Source of the DNA: Candidatus Multivoradales bacterium | GTDB taxonomy: Bacteria > Acidobacteriota > Thermoanaerobaculia > Multivoradales > J023 | Direction: 5' to 3' | Length of the DNA stretch: 64,000 nt | NCBI GenBank assembly: GCA_965248925.1 | Contig: CBDFLE010000004.1 | Span: forward strand, 128,001 to 192,000 | Part shown: in pieces, positions 1 to 11,100 of the stretch | Layout of the letters: the number at the start of each line of letters is the position of its first letter | Numbering within the stretch: the first letter of the stretch is position 1 | Translations under genes and position numbers: made by a program | The notes under the pieces: generated by a model | The model's database searches: none | Seen by the model: the letters and a program-made list of their open reading frames with translations, nothing else | Told to the model about the DNA's origin: nothing

Positions 1-1
1 C

Positions 2-436
2 TCGCTGTCGACCTGTGCTACTTCGGCGGTCAAGGACATCTGGCTGCCGCGGGTCGGTGGCCAGATCTCAGAACAGCGCCAGCTCAAGGCGACCCGTGCC
101 TTGACGGTGATCTTCGGCTTGGTGCAAATCGGCGTTGGCATCGCTGGGCAGTGGCTCAAGTCCTCGGTGGTGAGTTCAGTGTTGGGCATCGCGGCGTTTA
201 CCATCGGTATTGTCCTGGGGCTGTTTTTCCTCGGTATCTTCACCGAGCGGGTGGGTCAGCGAGCCGCCCTCGTCGGCTTGGTTCTTGGCTTGCTGGCGAT
301 GACCACGATCTTCTTCGCTACCTCCCTCGCTTGGCCTTGGTTCGCTCTGGTGGGTTCAAGTTTGACCTTCGCCGCGGGTACCGCCGCCAGTCTGCTGTGG
401 CCGCGCACGGAGCGGGCCTCGGCGGTCAGTGGCTGA
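2..436 (+). CDS. Sodium:solute symporter family protein, 3' part (5' end outside window)
   Basis: Frame is open from base 2 (SLSTCATSAVKDIW...TRALTVIFG). Several hydrophobic helices with GLFFLGIFTERV and AWPWFALVG, typical of SSS-family C-termini. Confidence 0.75.
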   Translation, partial: SLSTCATSAVKDIWLPRVGGQISEQRQLKATRALTVIFGLVQIGVGIAGQWLKSSVVSSVLGIAAFTIGIVLGLFFLGIFTERVGQRAALVGLVLGLLAMTTIFFATSLAWPWFALVGSSLTFAAGTAASLLWPRTERASAVSG

Positions 437-476
437 GCGTCCTGTCCGCCGATTCCTCAGCGACCTTCTCGGCGTT

Positions 477-1592
477 CTACCGCTCCTCGGGGAGGAACAC
501 CGGAATGCTGCGAAAGATCCGGCTGGACCGTACGCTGGCGATAGTTCGTCCGAGGCGTTTTGCGATCTTCCTATCGGTGTCCGTGCCAAGGATTCCGACC
601 TCGTCGGAAGTCCACCGGGTCTCTTGATCGGCAGCGGCAATTCCCAGCCCTCGCCGCAAGCGGCTGATCCGCCGAGCAGTGCAGCCGATATCCCGCGCGA
701 TTTCGGCGTCGGTGTCCTTGCCGAACCGGGCGATGGTCTCGGGCAAGCAGTGGAGGTCGTGGAGGCGCTGGCCTTTGATACCGAGCTCCTTCTGCAGCCG
801 GCGAATGGTGTCGAGTTTAAGGTCGGTTCGCCTCGCGATAACGGAACCGGGAAGGTGGAGAATCGCTTTCAAATCGTCGGTGGCGACGACAGATTGGTTC
901 TCCTTCACCGGAGCGATCCCGAGCGACCGGCGCTTGGCTCCGATACTGTGGCAGTTAATACCGAATCGTCGGCGGATTTCGGCGTCAGGAACCTTGCCGA
1001 GAAGGCCGAGTATCTCTTCGGTCCAGCTGGCCCGCCGTGAGTCGATCCGGAAAGGCTCGATTCCAAGTCTTTGGCGATGCCTCTTGACGGTGGTGGGCGA
1101 GACTCCGATCTGGTCCGCTACAGATTTGTCGGAAATGGTACCAAGAAGTTGGATCTGCTCCAGGGTCCAGCTGAACCGGTTGGGAGAGGAATTTCGGTAG
1201 GGGTGATAGGGGGGGATGCGGAGCATCTGGCGCTTGTAGGTCACGCAATGGATGGCGAGGTCAAGCTCTGCGGCGACCTCGGCGTCGGACGCGACGCCGA
1301 GAAGCGCGATCATCTCGTCGGCCCACTCGGTGATCGGTGCCGATTGCTGGAACGCCTTGATGTCACGGCGCCGACGTTCCTTGGACACGGTGGTCAAGGA
1401 GATGCCGGCCTTGCTGGCGACGACGTGGTCCGGGACCTTGCCGAGCAGATCGATGAAGCGTTGCTGCCAATGGAGAAGCCGCCTTGCTTTCCGCTTGACC
1501 TCGATGCGCTCACGGGCTTGCGCCGTTTTTGCTTTTTTCCTCATCAGCTTCGCGGTTGATAGCGGGTAGACAGCTCGCTCTCCTGCGTCCAA
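477..1592 (-). CDS. Tandem HTH-repeat protein (7 repeats of ~45-50 aa)
   Basis: 371-aa ORF with seven copies of W(T)xExxxLLGxxxDxx(V/I)AxxxGxxxxxVxxxRxxLGI; basic composition. Confidence 0.75.
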   Translation of the reverse strand: MDAGERAVYPLSTAKLMRKKAKTAQARERIEVKRKARRLLHWQQRFIDLLGKVPDHVVASKAGISLTTVSKERRRRDIKAFQQSAPITEWADEMIALLGVASDAEVAAELDLAIHCVTYKRQMLRIPPYHPYRNSSPNRFSWTLEQIQLLGTISDKSVADQIGVSPTTVKRHRQRLGIEPFRIDSRRASWTEEILGLLGKVPDAEIRRRFGINCHSIGAKRRSLGIAPVKENQSVVATDDLKAILHLPGSVIARRTDLKLDTIRRLQKELGIKGQRLHDLHCLPETIARFGKDTDAEIARDIGCTARRISRLRRGLGIAAADQETRWTSDEVGILGTDTDRKIAKRLGRTIASVRSSRIFRSIPVFLPEER

Positions 1593-1929
1593 TTCTCACT
1601 CCGGCCTTCTAGTGGCCAGCTCCCCCTGAGTCCATGCCCTTTGTCGTATCGTCCGCTGCGTCCCCAGAGGGCGAGAAAAAGTAGGCTCTTACTCGGGCGG
1701 GAGGCCGGCGCCACTCTGAAGCGTAGGGGCTCTTTGCGGATGTACTATGATTTCCAGAGCCCCGTAAAACGGGCCATCCGATACTGCAGAGAAGTTGCGG
1801 GAGAATACCACAACACCCGCGGCGGCCGGGTGAGAGTCAAAACGCCAGCGCTGTGCCAGGTGAGTAGCGGTGCAAGCGCCGGGCCATTCCGGAGACGCAG
1901 CGCCGGCAGGGTTGTAGGAAGGGTCGCAG

Positions 1930-2520
1930 ATGACGAGAAGGCCCCCGATCAAGATCGAACGGACCGTCCATCCGACGAAGTTCAGCTGGCCCGCGTGGGC
2001 AGTGCAGGAGTTCGGCAAGATGACCGACTTCAAGATCTCCCAGTTGTTGAAGATTCACTACAGCACGGTGGCCGCCGAGCGCGAGCTGCTCAAGATCCCC
2101 ACAGCGGTCAAGCGAGCGCCGGTGGTGTGGACTGAGGAGATGATCGCGCATCTGGGTACGCAATCTGACCACGCCGTGGCCGCTGCCTTGGGTATTTCGA
2201 CCAACGTGGTGGCGAACAAACGCGCTGAGTTGGAGATTGGCCCATCGCGGCCTCCTACCGGGCCACCGCGAGGGCCATCTCCATTCTGGACAGCAGAGAA
2301 GGAGGCTCTTCTGGGCACCGAGAGCGATCAAAAGATCGCTGACCAGCTGGGGATTCCCCATCACCGGGTAGCCACCCGTCGGAGAGGCGTGGCGATTCAC
2401 AGCCCGATGCCGACCTGCGGCAGGCGGCGGCACTCTTCGACCGGGGCGACGCAGCCACCCTCGGAGTCTGGCTGCTGCGGGTGTGGATCGAGCACGACAC
2501 CTGGGTGGTACCCGAGTTGA
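1930..2520 (+). CDS. Tandem HTH-repeat protein, paralogue of 477..1592, probably truncated near 2405
   Basis: Three repeats (WPAWAVQEFGKMTDFKIS, WTEEMIAHLGTQSDHAVAAALG, WTAEKEALLGTESDQKIADQLG), then a non-homologous tail. Transcribed divergently from the paralogue. Confidence 0.6.
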   Translation: MTRRPPIKIERTVHPTKFSWPAWAVQEFGKMTDFKISQLLKIHYSTVAAERELLKIPTAVKRAPVVWTEEMIAHLGTQSDHAVAAALGISTNVVANKRAELEIGPSRPPTGPPRGPSPFWTAEKEALLGTESDQKIADQLGIPHHRVATRRRGVAIHSPMPTCGRRRHSSTGATQPPSESGCCGCGSSTTPGWYPS

Positions 2521-2855
2521 CTGAGGCGAGGAAGAACGAGCTCCGCGCCAGCGCCGAGCGCGCCGCGCAAATGGCCGAGCGCTTCGGACGCGGCGGCTCC
2601 GAACCGCAGGAGCGCTACCGCCAGCTGCTGGCTCAGGAAGAGAACCGGCCGGCACCGTCAAGTCTGCCCCATCAGGGGCTGCTGCCAATTGTCGCGGGCT
2701 CTGCTGAGGATGCTGTCTTGGATCGAGTCACCAGCCGCCTTCCAGGTGTTAGCAAAGGTTGCACAGTTCCCCGAGATTGCCGAAGCAGCCGCGGAATCGA
2801 TCGCCGCCCGCCAAGCTCGAAGCGGGTCGGGCTGAGGAACTCGGTAGCCGGGTGA
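2403..2855 (+). pseudogene. Probable fragment of an unrelated helical protein
   Basis: The frame of ORF 2481..2855 reads as protein-like, GC3-rich sequence from ~2403 (PDADLRQAAALFDRGDAATLGVWLLRVWIEHDTW...). No convincing start. Confidence 0.3.
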
Positions 2856-2895
2856 ACGCGGCGATTCCCGCCCACCAGGCTGCGTCGTCAACCGC

Positions 2896-3417
2896 CTATT
2901 CCTGGAAGGTCACTTGCAGTTGCGGATGGTTGGCCGCAGTGCCGTGGTCAGCCGAGTAGTAGCCGATGTAGTCGTGGCCGCGGTCGTCGTTGTCATCGCG
3001 GTTGAAGTAGAACCGCAGCTGCGTCGCCCCGGTCTTTTTGACCGCCGTCAGGCCGACCGGGTCGAGGCTGGCCTCGGACCAATCGCCGTTGGCTCCAGCA
3101 GCTGAGAGGCTGGCGGTCTTGGCCACTGACACTACCGCCTCGAAGTCACTGTTGGCCAGTGCCGTCGAGCCACCAAGGCCGCCGGAGTGTACATCGACCC
3201 AGCAAGTGCCATGGGTGTTAAACGGGTTGGTGCCATTGACCGTTCCGCGGCGCAATCTCAGGGTCGTGGAGATAATCGTCGCGCCGTCTGGAATCGATGA
3301 AGTGTCGAAGGACACAAGGCCCTTGTACTGGCGGTCCTTCCTATGATCTCCAGCGCGCAGGGCGCTGCTACTAGAGTTATTGTCGTTGCTGCGGCCGCCG
3401 ATGTTCGAACTCTCCGA
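2896..3417 (-). pseudogene. C-terminal fragment of a secreted protein with a DNRLRE/CBM96-like domain
   Basis: Frame extends upstream of the listed ORF (SESSNIGGR...LRAGDHRKDRQYKGLVSFDTSSIPDGATIISTTLRL...HPQLQVTF) to an in-frame TAA at ~3418. No start codon or signal peptide for the full domain. Confidence 0.55.
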
Positions 3418-3485
3418 TTACCGGCGGCGAAAGGGTTGCAGCTGGAAATTGTTGCGTTGTCGAAGGGCGCGGAAATACCCTAGCG

Positions 3486-3750
3486 ATGGGTGGTGGTGTT
3501 CTGGTCGAGGGCGGCGGGACCTTGACTCTGCTGCGGGTCCAGGTGAGTCAGAACCGTCTCATTGGTTTCCTTGGCGTGATCATCTTGCACGGCGGCGGTA
3601 TCCATGTCGCGGAAGGTGCCGAGCTGCACTTGATCGACAGCACGGTGGACAACAACTCCGTTAACGCTTCCTCTACTTTTGGCAACGTCGCGGGAGGTGG
3701 AATCTATGTCGCGACAAACGCCCTGGCGACTCTCCTCAACAGCACTCGGA
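3486..3750 (+). pseudogene. Fragment of a right-handed beta-helix / polymorphic-membrane-protein-repeat protein
   Basis: GGGVLV...GGGIHV...STVDNN...GGGIYV...LLNST repeats. The rest of the ORF is antisense to the AraC gene and is not protein-like. Confidence 0.5.
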
Positions 3751-3840
3751 CTGTGATGCTGGCGCCGTGGAACTCGAGCCGGAGATCTTCTCCGATGGCT
3801 TTGAGAGCGGCGATACGATGGGTTTGGATGGCGTCGGCAC

Positions 3841-4803
3841 CTAGACTGACTCCTGGTCCCCTAGCATGCAGGTGCTGGCGGCGACCAGGAAGCTCACTCG
3901 GGAATCGCACACTTCCAAGTTTTCGACCTCGGCCAGCGCGTTACGCAGATGATCGTTGGTGCCGTGGAGGTACTCAGTCAGACCTTGCTCCATGCGGGCT
4001 CTCGCCCACAGGTCGACGCGGCCTTGAGTCTCGGCCAGATAGTGCAGTAGCTGGCACACCCACAGGGCTTGGCGCGGCTGGCGGCCGCGCAGCTCGCTAG
4101 TGCGGTGTTGGCCAGATTCGAACAGGGTATCCCCTTCCCAGCTCAGGTTGTCGAGGAACTGCATAGCTTGGCCGATTGAATCCATGGTTTCGATCTCACG
4201 CCACAAGGAATCAGCAATCCGTCGATCAACCCGCGGGTATCTGCCGTGGGTGAAGTGTACTCGGGCGGCGTCGGCCTGAGCTTTGCTCGGTGCCAAGCGC
4301 TGACGTGCGCGGCGGGGAGTCTCGCCCCGCAGGCGGCGGTAGGCGCGCTGAAAACCTTGTTGAGAGCGATAACCCACCAGCCGGGCAATGCTGCGAATTC
4401 CCAGGGGTGAGCAGGTCAGGAGGGTGTCGGCGCAGTTGAGTCGCGCCGCGGTGACCACTTCTCCCGGACTCTTGCCGCACAGTTGGCGGAAGTCTTTAGC
4501 GAACATCTTGCTACGAATGTCGCAGATGAGCAGAGCTTCTTCGATAGTAAAGCCAGGCTCGAAAAGATGAATTTCGAGTTGGCGTAACAACCGATCGACC
4601 TGACGATCACCGGAAGGGCGCTTGCCGGCTAGTTCAGCCAGCGGATCGCGGGCTGCGAATCGCAGCCAGCGGTGTTGCGCGGCACGGCCTAGTGGATGCC
4701 TTTGTTGGCTAGCCGCCGTTGCTCTCGGCGGTGCGGAAGTGGCGGTCTGGGTGGGGGCAAGGGCATCTTCTGAACAGGACTGCTGAACTGGGAGATGGGT
4801 CAA
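3841..4803 (-). CDS. AraC-family HTH transcriptional regulator with C-terminal helical extension
   Basis: FRQLCGKSP...ARLNCADTLL...IRSIARLVGYRSQQGFQRAYRRLRGETP matches the AraC double-HTH signature. Start position uncertain. Divergent from the giant-gene operon. Confidence 0.75.
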   Translation of the reverse strand: MTHLPVQQSCSEDALAPTQTATSAPPRATAASQQRHPLGRAAQHRWLRFAARDPLAELAGKRPSGDRQVDRLLRQLEIHLFEPGFTIEEALLICDIRSKMFAKDFRQLCGKSPGEVVTAARLNCADTLLTCSPLGIRSIARLVGYRSQQGFQRAYRRLRGETPRRARQRLAPSKAQADAARVHFTHGRYPRVDRRIADSLWREIETMDSIGQAMQFLDNLSWEGDTLFESGQHRTSELRGRQPRQALWVCQLLHYLAETQGRVDLWARARMEQGLTEYLHGTNDHLRNALAEVENLEVCDSRVSFLVAASTCMLGDQESV

Positions 4804-5052
4804 AGAGAGGGTCCTTCCTTGATGGCGATATGTGCATATCTTTGGTCTCCATCTCCCGTTGTCTCCTGTCGGTGAAAAGCCCTCTGAGCCCTAATTATCC
4901 ATAGTCTGTGCCCCAATGCAAGGTTAAATCTTGCGACGGTTTGGGGAGGGTTCACCAGTACTGGCTCGCCGACGTCTCTAGATTCGTTGGAAATTCTGAA
5001 TTTTGTGGTGCGAGACTTGGTGGCCACTACTGTTTATCAGTGATTCGAGGGG

Positions 5053-5089
5053 AAACGGTTCATTTTGGTGACCACGAAATGAACCGTTT
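5053..5089. promoter_or_regulatory. Perfect 13-bp inverted repeat with 11-bp spacer (AAACGGTTCATTT-N11-AAATGAACCGTTT), copy 1
   Basis: Read directly, ~105 bp upstream of the 4727-aa gene. Identical arms recur at 41866..41902. Confidence 0.7.
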
Positions 5090-5193
5090 GGTCTCGGCAC
5101 CGGCCTTCCTTTACGGTTTTCTCAGCTTTTCGCCGGTTCTCCAACCGTGGGACCTGAGCTTGAATCGAAACGCAGCCCGAGGCAGTACTCCTG

Positions 5194-8100
5194 ATGATTT
5201 TTTCCCGATCTTGTTCCCTTTCATTTCTCTCATCGACCGTTGGCTGGCGACGGGCCATCGGTTTTGTAGTCCTGCAGCTAACCCTGGCCCATGGTGCCCT
5301 GGGTCAGCCGTTGGGCAGCGGCGAGTTACAACTCGCCGGCACCCGGCTGAGTGTTGCGCCAGCGGCGCAAACAGTGCCCTTCGACACCCCGACAGTGGTC
5401 GAGACGGCGCTCGATGGCTACGACCTTAGTCTGGGCACCCTGCCGCCGGACTGGCGGGTGGTAGGTGATTTATCGGGACCCGAGATCGGCGGTGTGCTGA
5501 CCCTCGAGACGGTTCCAGGCGAGCCCTTTCGCATTCCCCGCTTGCGCCACGAGGGAGAGTACCGGCTGAGCGCTATTCGCTTGCTCGAGGGCGACCGCTT
5601 GTTGGCCTTTGCCGAACCTCGCGAAGTCACTATTCGCTCCACCCAGATCCTGATTAGCCGGGTGAGTTCACGCGCCTTGACTCTCGACGAGTTGCGCGGT
5701 TTCGGGGTGGTGTTCGACGACGATAGTTTCCAAGCGTTCAACCTCACCTTCGGTTTTGGCGTCGACGGCGCGGTGGTGAATTACGACATCCCGGTGGTGG
5801 TGAATCTCTACGGACCGGGGGAAGTGGCGTTCATTCCCCGTGCGGGTCAGTGGGCAGCCAGCGGCGGCGCGCGGTTCGTGCCACCGCAGTTGGTGCCCTT
5901 CAGCTTTGCCCTCGAGCAGCAGGCGGAGCCCGAACCGCCGGCAGGTGGCTGTCTGGTGTTTGATTGCCGCGTCGGTGAGCCGGCGCCGCCGATGGTCGGG
6001 GTGATTCTCTTTCCCACCGACGTGCGCTTGCTCAATCAATTCTTCACCGTCGTGCTGATGGTGCAGAACGGGGCTCCCGAGGCCGACTTATTGCGCGTTC
6101 GTGACCTGAGCGCGAGGATCGTCTTGCCCGCGGGCCTGCGCCAGGCCGAAACCCAGCCGCCGACTCCCCTCGGGGTGCCGGTGCCAGTACGGGTGCCAGG
6201 TCCCGATGGTGAGTTGGGGACCGCTGATGACATCACTTTCATGGTCGCGCAAGCAACCGGCGAAGCTGAGTTCCTGGTCGAAGGCTTGCGCGAGGGCTCG
6301 CACGTTGTCGAATTCCAGCTCGAGGGTCTGCTCGAAGGCTTGCCGGGCGGCCTGCGGCGGATCACCGGCAGCGCGCGGGGTGCGGTGGTGGTGCGTGATC
6401 CCAGCCTCGGAGTGACCATCTCCCACCCCGAGGTGGTGCGCGACGGCGAGCCCTATCCGCTGCGCCTGACGGTTGCCAACACCGGCAACGTGCCGGTCAA
6501 TCTACTCAGCTTGGAGCTGCCGCTCAGCGGCCTCTCCGGTGTCGAGCTGGTCAGTAGCAATGTCGAGACCATCGAGGAGCTGTCGCCGGGAGACTCGGCG
6601 ACGGTCGAGTTTCAACTGATCGCCCGGCGTACCGGCAAAGTGGTGTCGAGCGCGCTACGCTCAGGCGGCGCGATCAATCCACGTTTTGACCTCACCGTCG
6701 GCGTGGGCGAGGATGGCATCCCCCTGTCCCCCGACACGCTGATCATGCCGGCCAGCACCGAGCAGTTGCCGGCCGAGCTGGTGCGCTCGGCTCTCGGCTT
6801 GCTCGGTCTGGGCTATTCACTCGCCACCGCGCCGCCGCAAGCGCTCGCTGGCAGCTTGCCGCAGGTGAGCCGGCAGTCGATCACCAGCCGGGTCTACAGC
6901 TTGACCCAGGCCGGCCGGCATGTCGCTTTGGGCGAAGAGCTATTCGACGCCTTGGCGGTGCTGGCAGCGGAATGGAATGGCGCCCGCGATCAGGATTGGG
7001 ATTGGGACTTGCTGCGGCGAAGTACCGCCCGTGGAGGCGAGACGGGAGTTCAGATCGGCGCGGCTTTGGCCGCCGAAGCGACGCTGAGTTCGCCGCTCGG
7101 GATGTTTGAACGATTTGCTGCCGCAACCCACTTCTTGCCCCCACAGCATGCCGTCCTGGGTATAGGTGCTGGCGTTTCGGTGCAGATCGAGAGCCCACTC
7201 AGCGGTCATGTCAGCAGTCGTCTTGGAGGTGATCCGCAACGCCGGCGGGAGGTGCCGTTCGCCGACATCTTTGGCCTTGGAGGGGCCGAGATGGCCTTGC
7301 TCAGCGCGCCCGAGGACACTGGCTACCGGGTGCGACTGACTGCATCGGCATCGACCTTGGCCGACCTTCACTTGCTGACCCGTGGTATTGATCGGGTGTT
7401 GCGAGTAAGGCGTTGGACTGGGTTCAATTTGCCGCCCGCCAGTGTTGCCTGGGCCACCTTGGGTGGTGCCGGTGATGCTCTGCTGCGCATCGACGACGAT
7501 GGTGATGGCGAGGCCGATCGGCTACTGCCGGCGACCGACTCCAGTTTGGCGCCGCGCCCTTTCGAGGTGGTGGCGGCGGTGCAGAACGAGGTAGTCGATC
7601 CGTCGGGGCATGTGGTCGATGTGCTGCTTTCGGCCGACCTCGATGCCCGTTCCTTGCTGCCTCGCGATGCGGCCCGCTTCGAGTTATCGGGCAAAGTCTC
7701 GAATGGCGGCGCCCTGCCGGGCGAGCAGGACTACGGTTCTTGGCTGGCCAGTGACCAGGTGATCGAGAACCCCTTCGCCGGTCTGCACAACCCGCGCATC
7801 GTGCGGGTGGTGTTCGACAATCCGCTCAGTCCCCTGGTTGACAACCCGCTGACCGTGCGCGATCTGCTGAGCGCGGTCGGCCAACCTCTCGCCGAGCAGC
7901 AGCGGTTGGTCGAGACCCGGGTGACCACCGCCGGAATCGTGGTGGAGGGTACGGTGATTGGCCCCGATGGCCAGCCGGTCCCCTTTGCCGAGGTCAGCCT
8001 CTACGAGCGCGACACACCAAGTTTCGCGCTCAATGCCTGCCAACGCCATCGCACCGCCGCGGTGCGGGCCGACGCGGCGGGCCAGTTTCGCTTCGACTAC

Positions 8101-11100
8101 GTTCGCGACACTTGCGGCGGCGATTTCGACCTGGTAGCTGAAGACAGCTCCGGAATCCACCGCGGCAAAGTGCGCGGCAAAGTGCGTTTTGCCGGCGCCA
8201 CGCAGCGGCTCGACATCGTGATGATGGGTCGCGGCCGGCTCGAGGGGCGAATTACCTACGACGACGGTACGGTGCCCAGCGGACTGACCTTGGTGGCCGA
8301 GAACGCGGTCTTTGGCGAAGGTCGGCTGGCGCACATGGACCCAGATGGCAGCTATGAGGTAGGTGAGCTGGTGGTCGGCACGGTGTCGGTGACGGCATCT
8401 GACGAGGAAGGCAATGTGGTCTTCGCCACCATTGAGCTGCCCCATGCCGGCAGCGTCGTCGAACTCGATTTAACCCTGCTGCGCCGCCCCGAAGAACCCC
8501 GTGGCGAGGTCCGGGGCACGGTGACGGCGGTCGATGGCACGACGCCGTTCGCGGATGCTTGGGTGGCGCTCTACATCGGCGGCGAGTTGATCGGGGTCGA
8601 GCGCAGTAGCGCGGACGGCAGCTTCGACTTCGGCATTGTGCCGACCGGGGTAGCGCATATCGAAGCTTTTCATGGTGGCAACAGCGAGAGTGGGGGCCAG
8701 CTCTACTTCGAGATCCTCGCCGATCAAATCAACAGCGTACAGATCGTCTTGCGCGATGACCGCGGCACGGTCGAGGGCCATGTCTACCGCCAAAGCCTCG
8801 GCGGTTTGACTCCGGTGGTCGGGGCGGTGGTGTGGATCTCCGGTTCGCAGCACAACACGGTCACCGACAGCACGGGTTATTACCGGCTCGACAATGTTTT
8901 CGGCGGCTCCTGGAACGTGGTGGCGGCCGATGTCGAGGCGGCTGAATCCACCACCAAAAGCGTTTCGGTCAGCGGTACTGGCGAGACCTTCGTCGCCGAT
9001 CTCTACTTCACTGACGAGCTGCCCAACGGTGGTATTCGCGGTGAGGTGCTGAGCTATGACGGTTCGCCGGTGCTGGGGGCCAGGGTTCATTTGGCCGGTG
9101 GCTATGAGTCGCAGCGCTGGCATCACGAGGCGATCACCGACAGCGACGGGCGTTTCTTGATCGCCGACCTTGATCCCGGCACTTACGGAGTGCACGCGGT
9201 TCGCGGTGCTGATGGTCGGCTGGGCTTTGCCGAGATTCGGTTCCAAGGAGACGCTCCCTTCATCACCCTGCGTTTTGCCAAGGGCACTATCCGCGGCCGT
9301 ACCCTGGCGACCAATGACGACGGTGAACTGATCGGCGTCAGTTCGACGGTGGTGTACCGCACCACCGTCACCCAGGTCGGTCTGGTGGGCGTGGCGTTCG
9401 TACCGTCTACCTTGGTGAGCGATGCCGAAGGTTGGTTTGAACTGCCAGCTGCCTTGATCGGGCCCTACAACATCACCGTTCACAACGCTTTCTATGGCAG
9501 TCAAGCGGTGGATGGAACCTTGGTGATTGCCGGAGATGAGCGCTTTCACGAGATCATTTTCGAACCCAACGGGGCAATTCGCGGGGTGGTATTCGACATC
9601 GATGGCGAGACCCCGGTTGCTGGGGTGACCGTGCGGCTGCGCGGCGGCCAGTTCCAGGACTACGATCTGCAGACAGATGCAACGGGCCGCTTTGCCTTCG
9701 AGCTGGTGCCGCCTGGCTTCTATTGGCTAGAGGCCGAATTCCAAAGCGGGGCGATCTTCCGCCGCCAGCGGGTCGGCGCTCGCTTGAGCCGCTTTGGCGA
9801 GGAACTTGACATCGAGTTGGTATTGCCACAACAGGGTTCGGTGGTGGGCCGGGTCGAGGATTCGAATGGGCTGCCGGTGACTGGCGCCATCGTCACTCTG
9901 CAAGAGGGCTCGTTCCCGAGTCGCCGGCTGGTGCTCAACACCGACGGCGCCGGCCAGCTGCGCTTCGACAACATCTTCGCCGGCCACCTGTCACTCAGTG
10001 CCCAAGCTCCATCACTCGGCGGTCTGGGAGGCAGGGTGACGGTTGAAATTACCGCCGAAGGTGAGGAAGTCGAGGCGGTGATCATGTTGCAGGATACCGG
10101 CGAGATCAGCGGTTATTTGTTAAGTCCGGTGGGCGGCTCGGTGGTCGCCGGAGCGCAGGTCTCCCTCTACTCTGGCTACAGTTTCGTCGACAGCGTTACC
10201 AGCGATGGTGATGGGGCCTTCCGCTTCCGTCTGCTGCCACTCAAGACCTACCATCTGCGGGCCCTCGATCCGGCCTCGGGGCGTCACGGCCAGAGCGGCG
10301 ACTTGCCGCTGACCAGTAACGGGCAACTGATCGAGAGCGAATTGACCCTCGAAGGCCGAGGGGTGGTCAACGGGCATCTATTCGATGATCTACACCAGAT
10401 CTTCGTTGCCGGGGCGACAGTCAAGCTGAGCAGCGATGCGGTGGTCCGCTTTGATACTTACTCGAGTACCGATATAGATGGCCGGTTCGAGTTTGGTGGT
10501 ATTCCGGAGGGTATTTTCAGGCTCAACAGCCTGGAGCCCGATGGCTTCCGCCACGCCGTGGGCGCGGGTGAGATCGAGTACGAGGATCAAATCGTAACCG
10601 TCGACCTGGTGTTACAACCGATCGGCGTGATACATGGCACGGTGTTGGCGCCGCCGGGCGCGCCGCCGGGTCTTGCCACCGCGGTCAACACCCGCCTCGA
10701 GCAGTGGGTACAACTCGGCTTTGGTGGCCCTTCGGACATCGTCGTCGACGCCACGATCGCCAATCCGTTCACTCTCGATGGGGTGCTGACCGACAGGTTC
10801 TTCAAAGTGCTGGTCGACGAGATCGGTGGCGTCCGCCGCGCTTTGCTCTATACCAGAATGCCCACCGACTCGACCGAATTGGAGGTTGAATTGCAGCTCG
10901 AAGCAGCTGGCTCGGTGGAAGTTTCGGTGGTTGATAGCAGTGGTTCGGTCAACGGTGCCGACGTTCTACTTAGCATCTATACAGACCTAAAAAGCTACGA
11001 TGATTTCAGCCGCACCGGCAACACCGGTGCCGACCATCAAATCACCTTCGACAACATCCGCCAGGGTTGGGTCGAAGCCCGTGCCACCCATCCAGTGACC

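Noticed and set aside
4800-5027. 75-aa ORF overlapping the AraC start
   Set aside because: No recognisable motif, atypical composition, and it lies in a probable promoter region.
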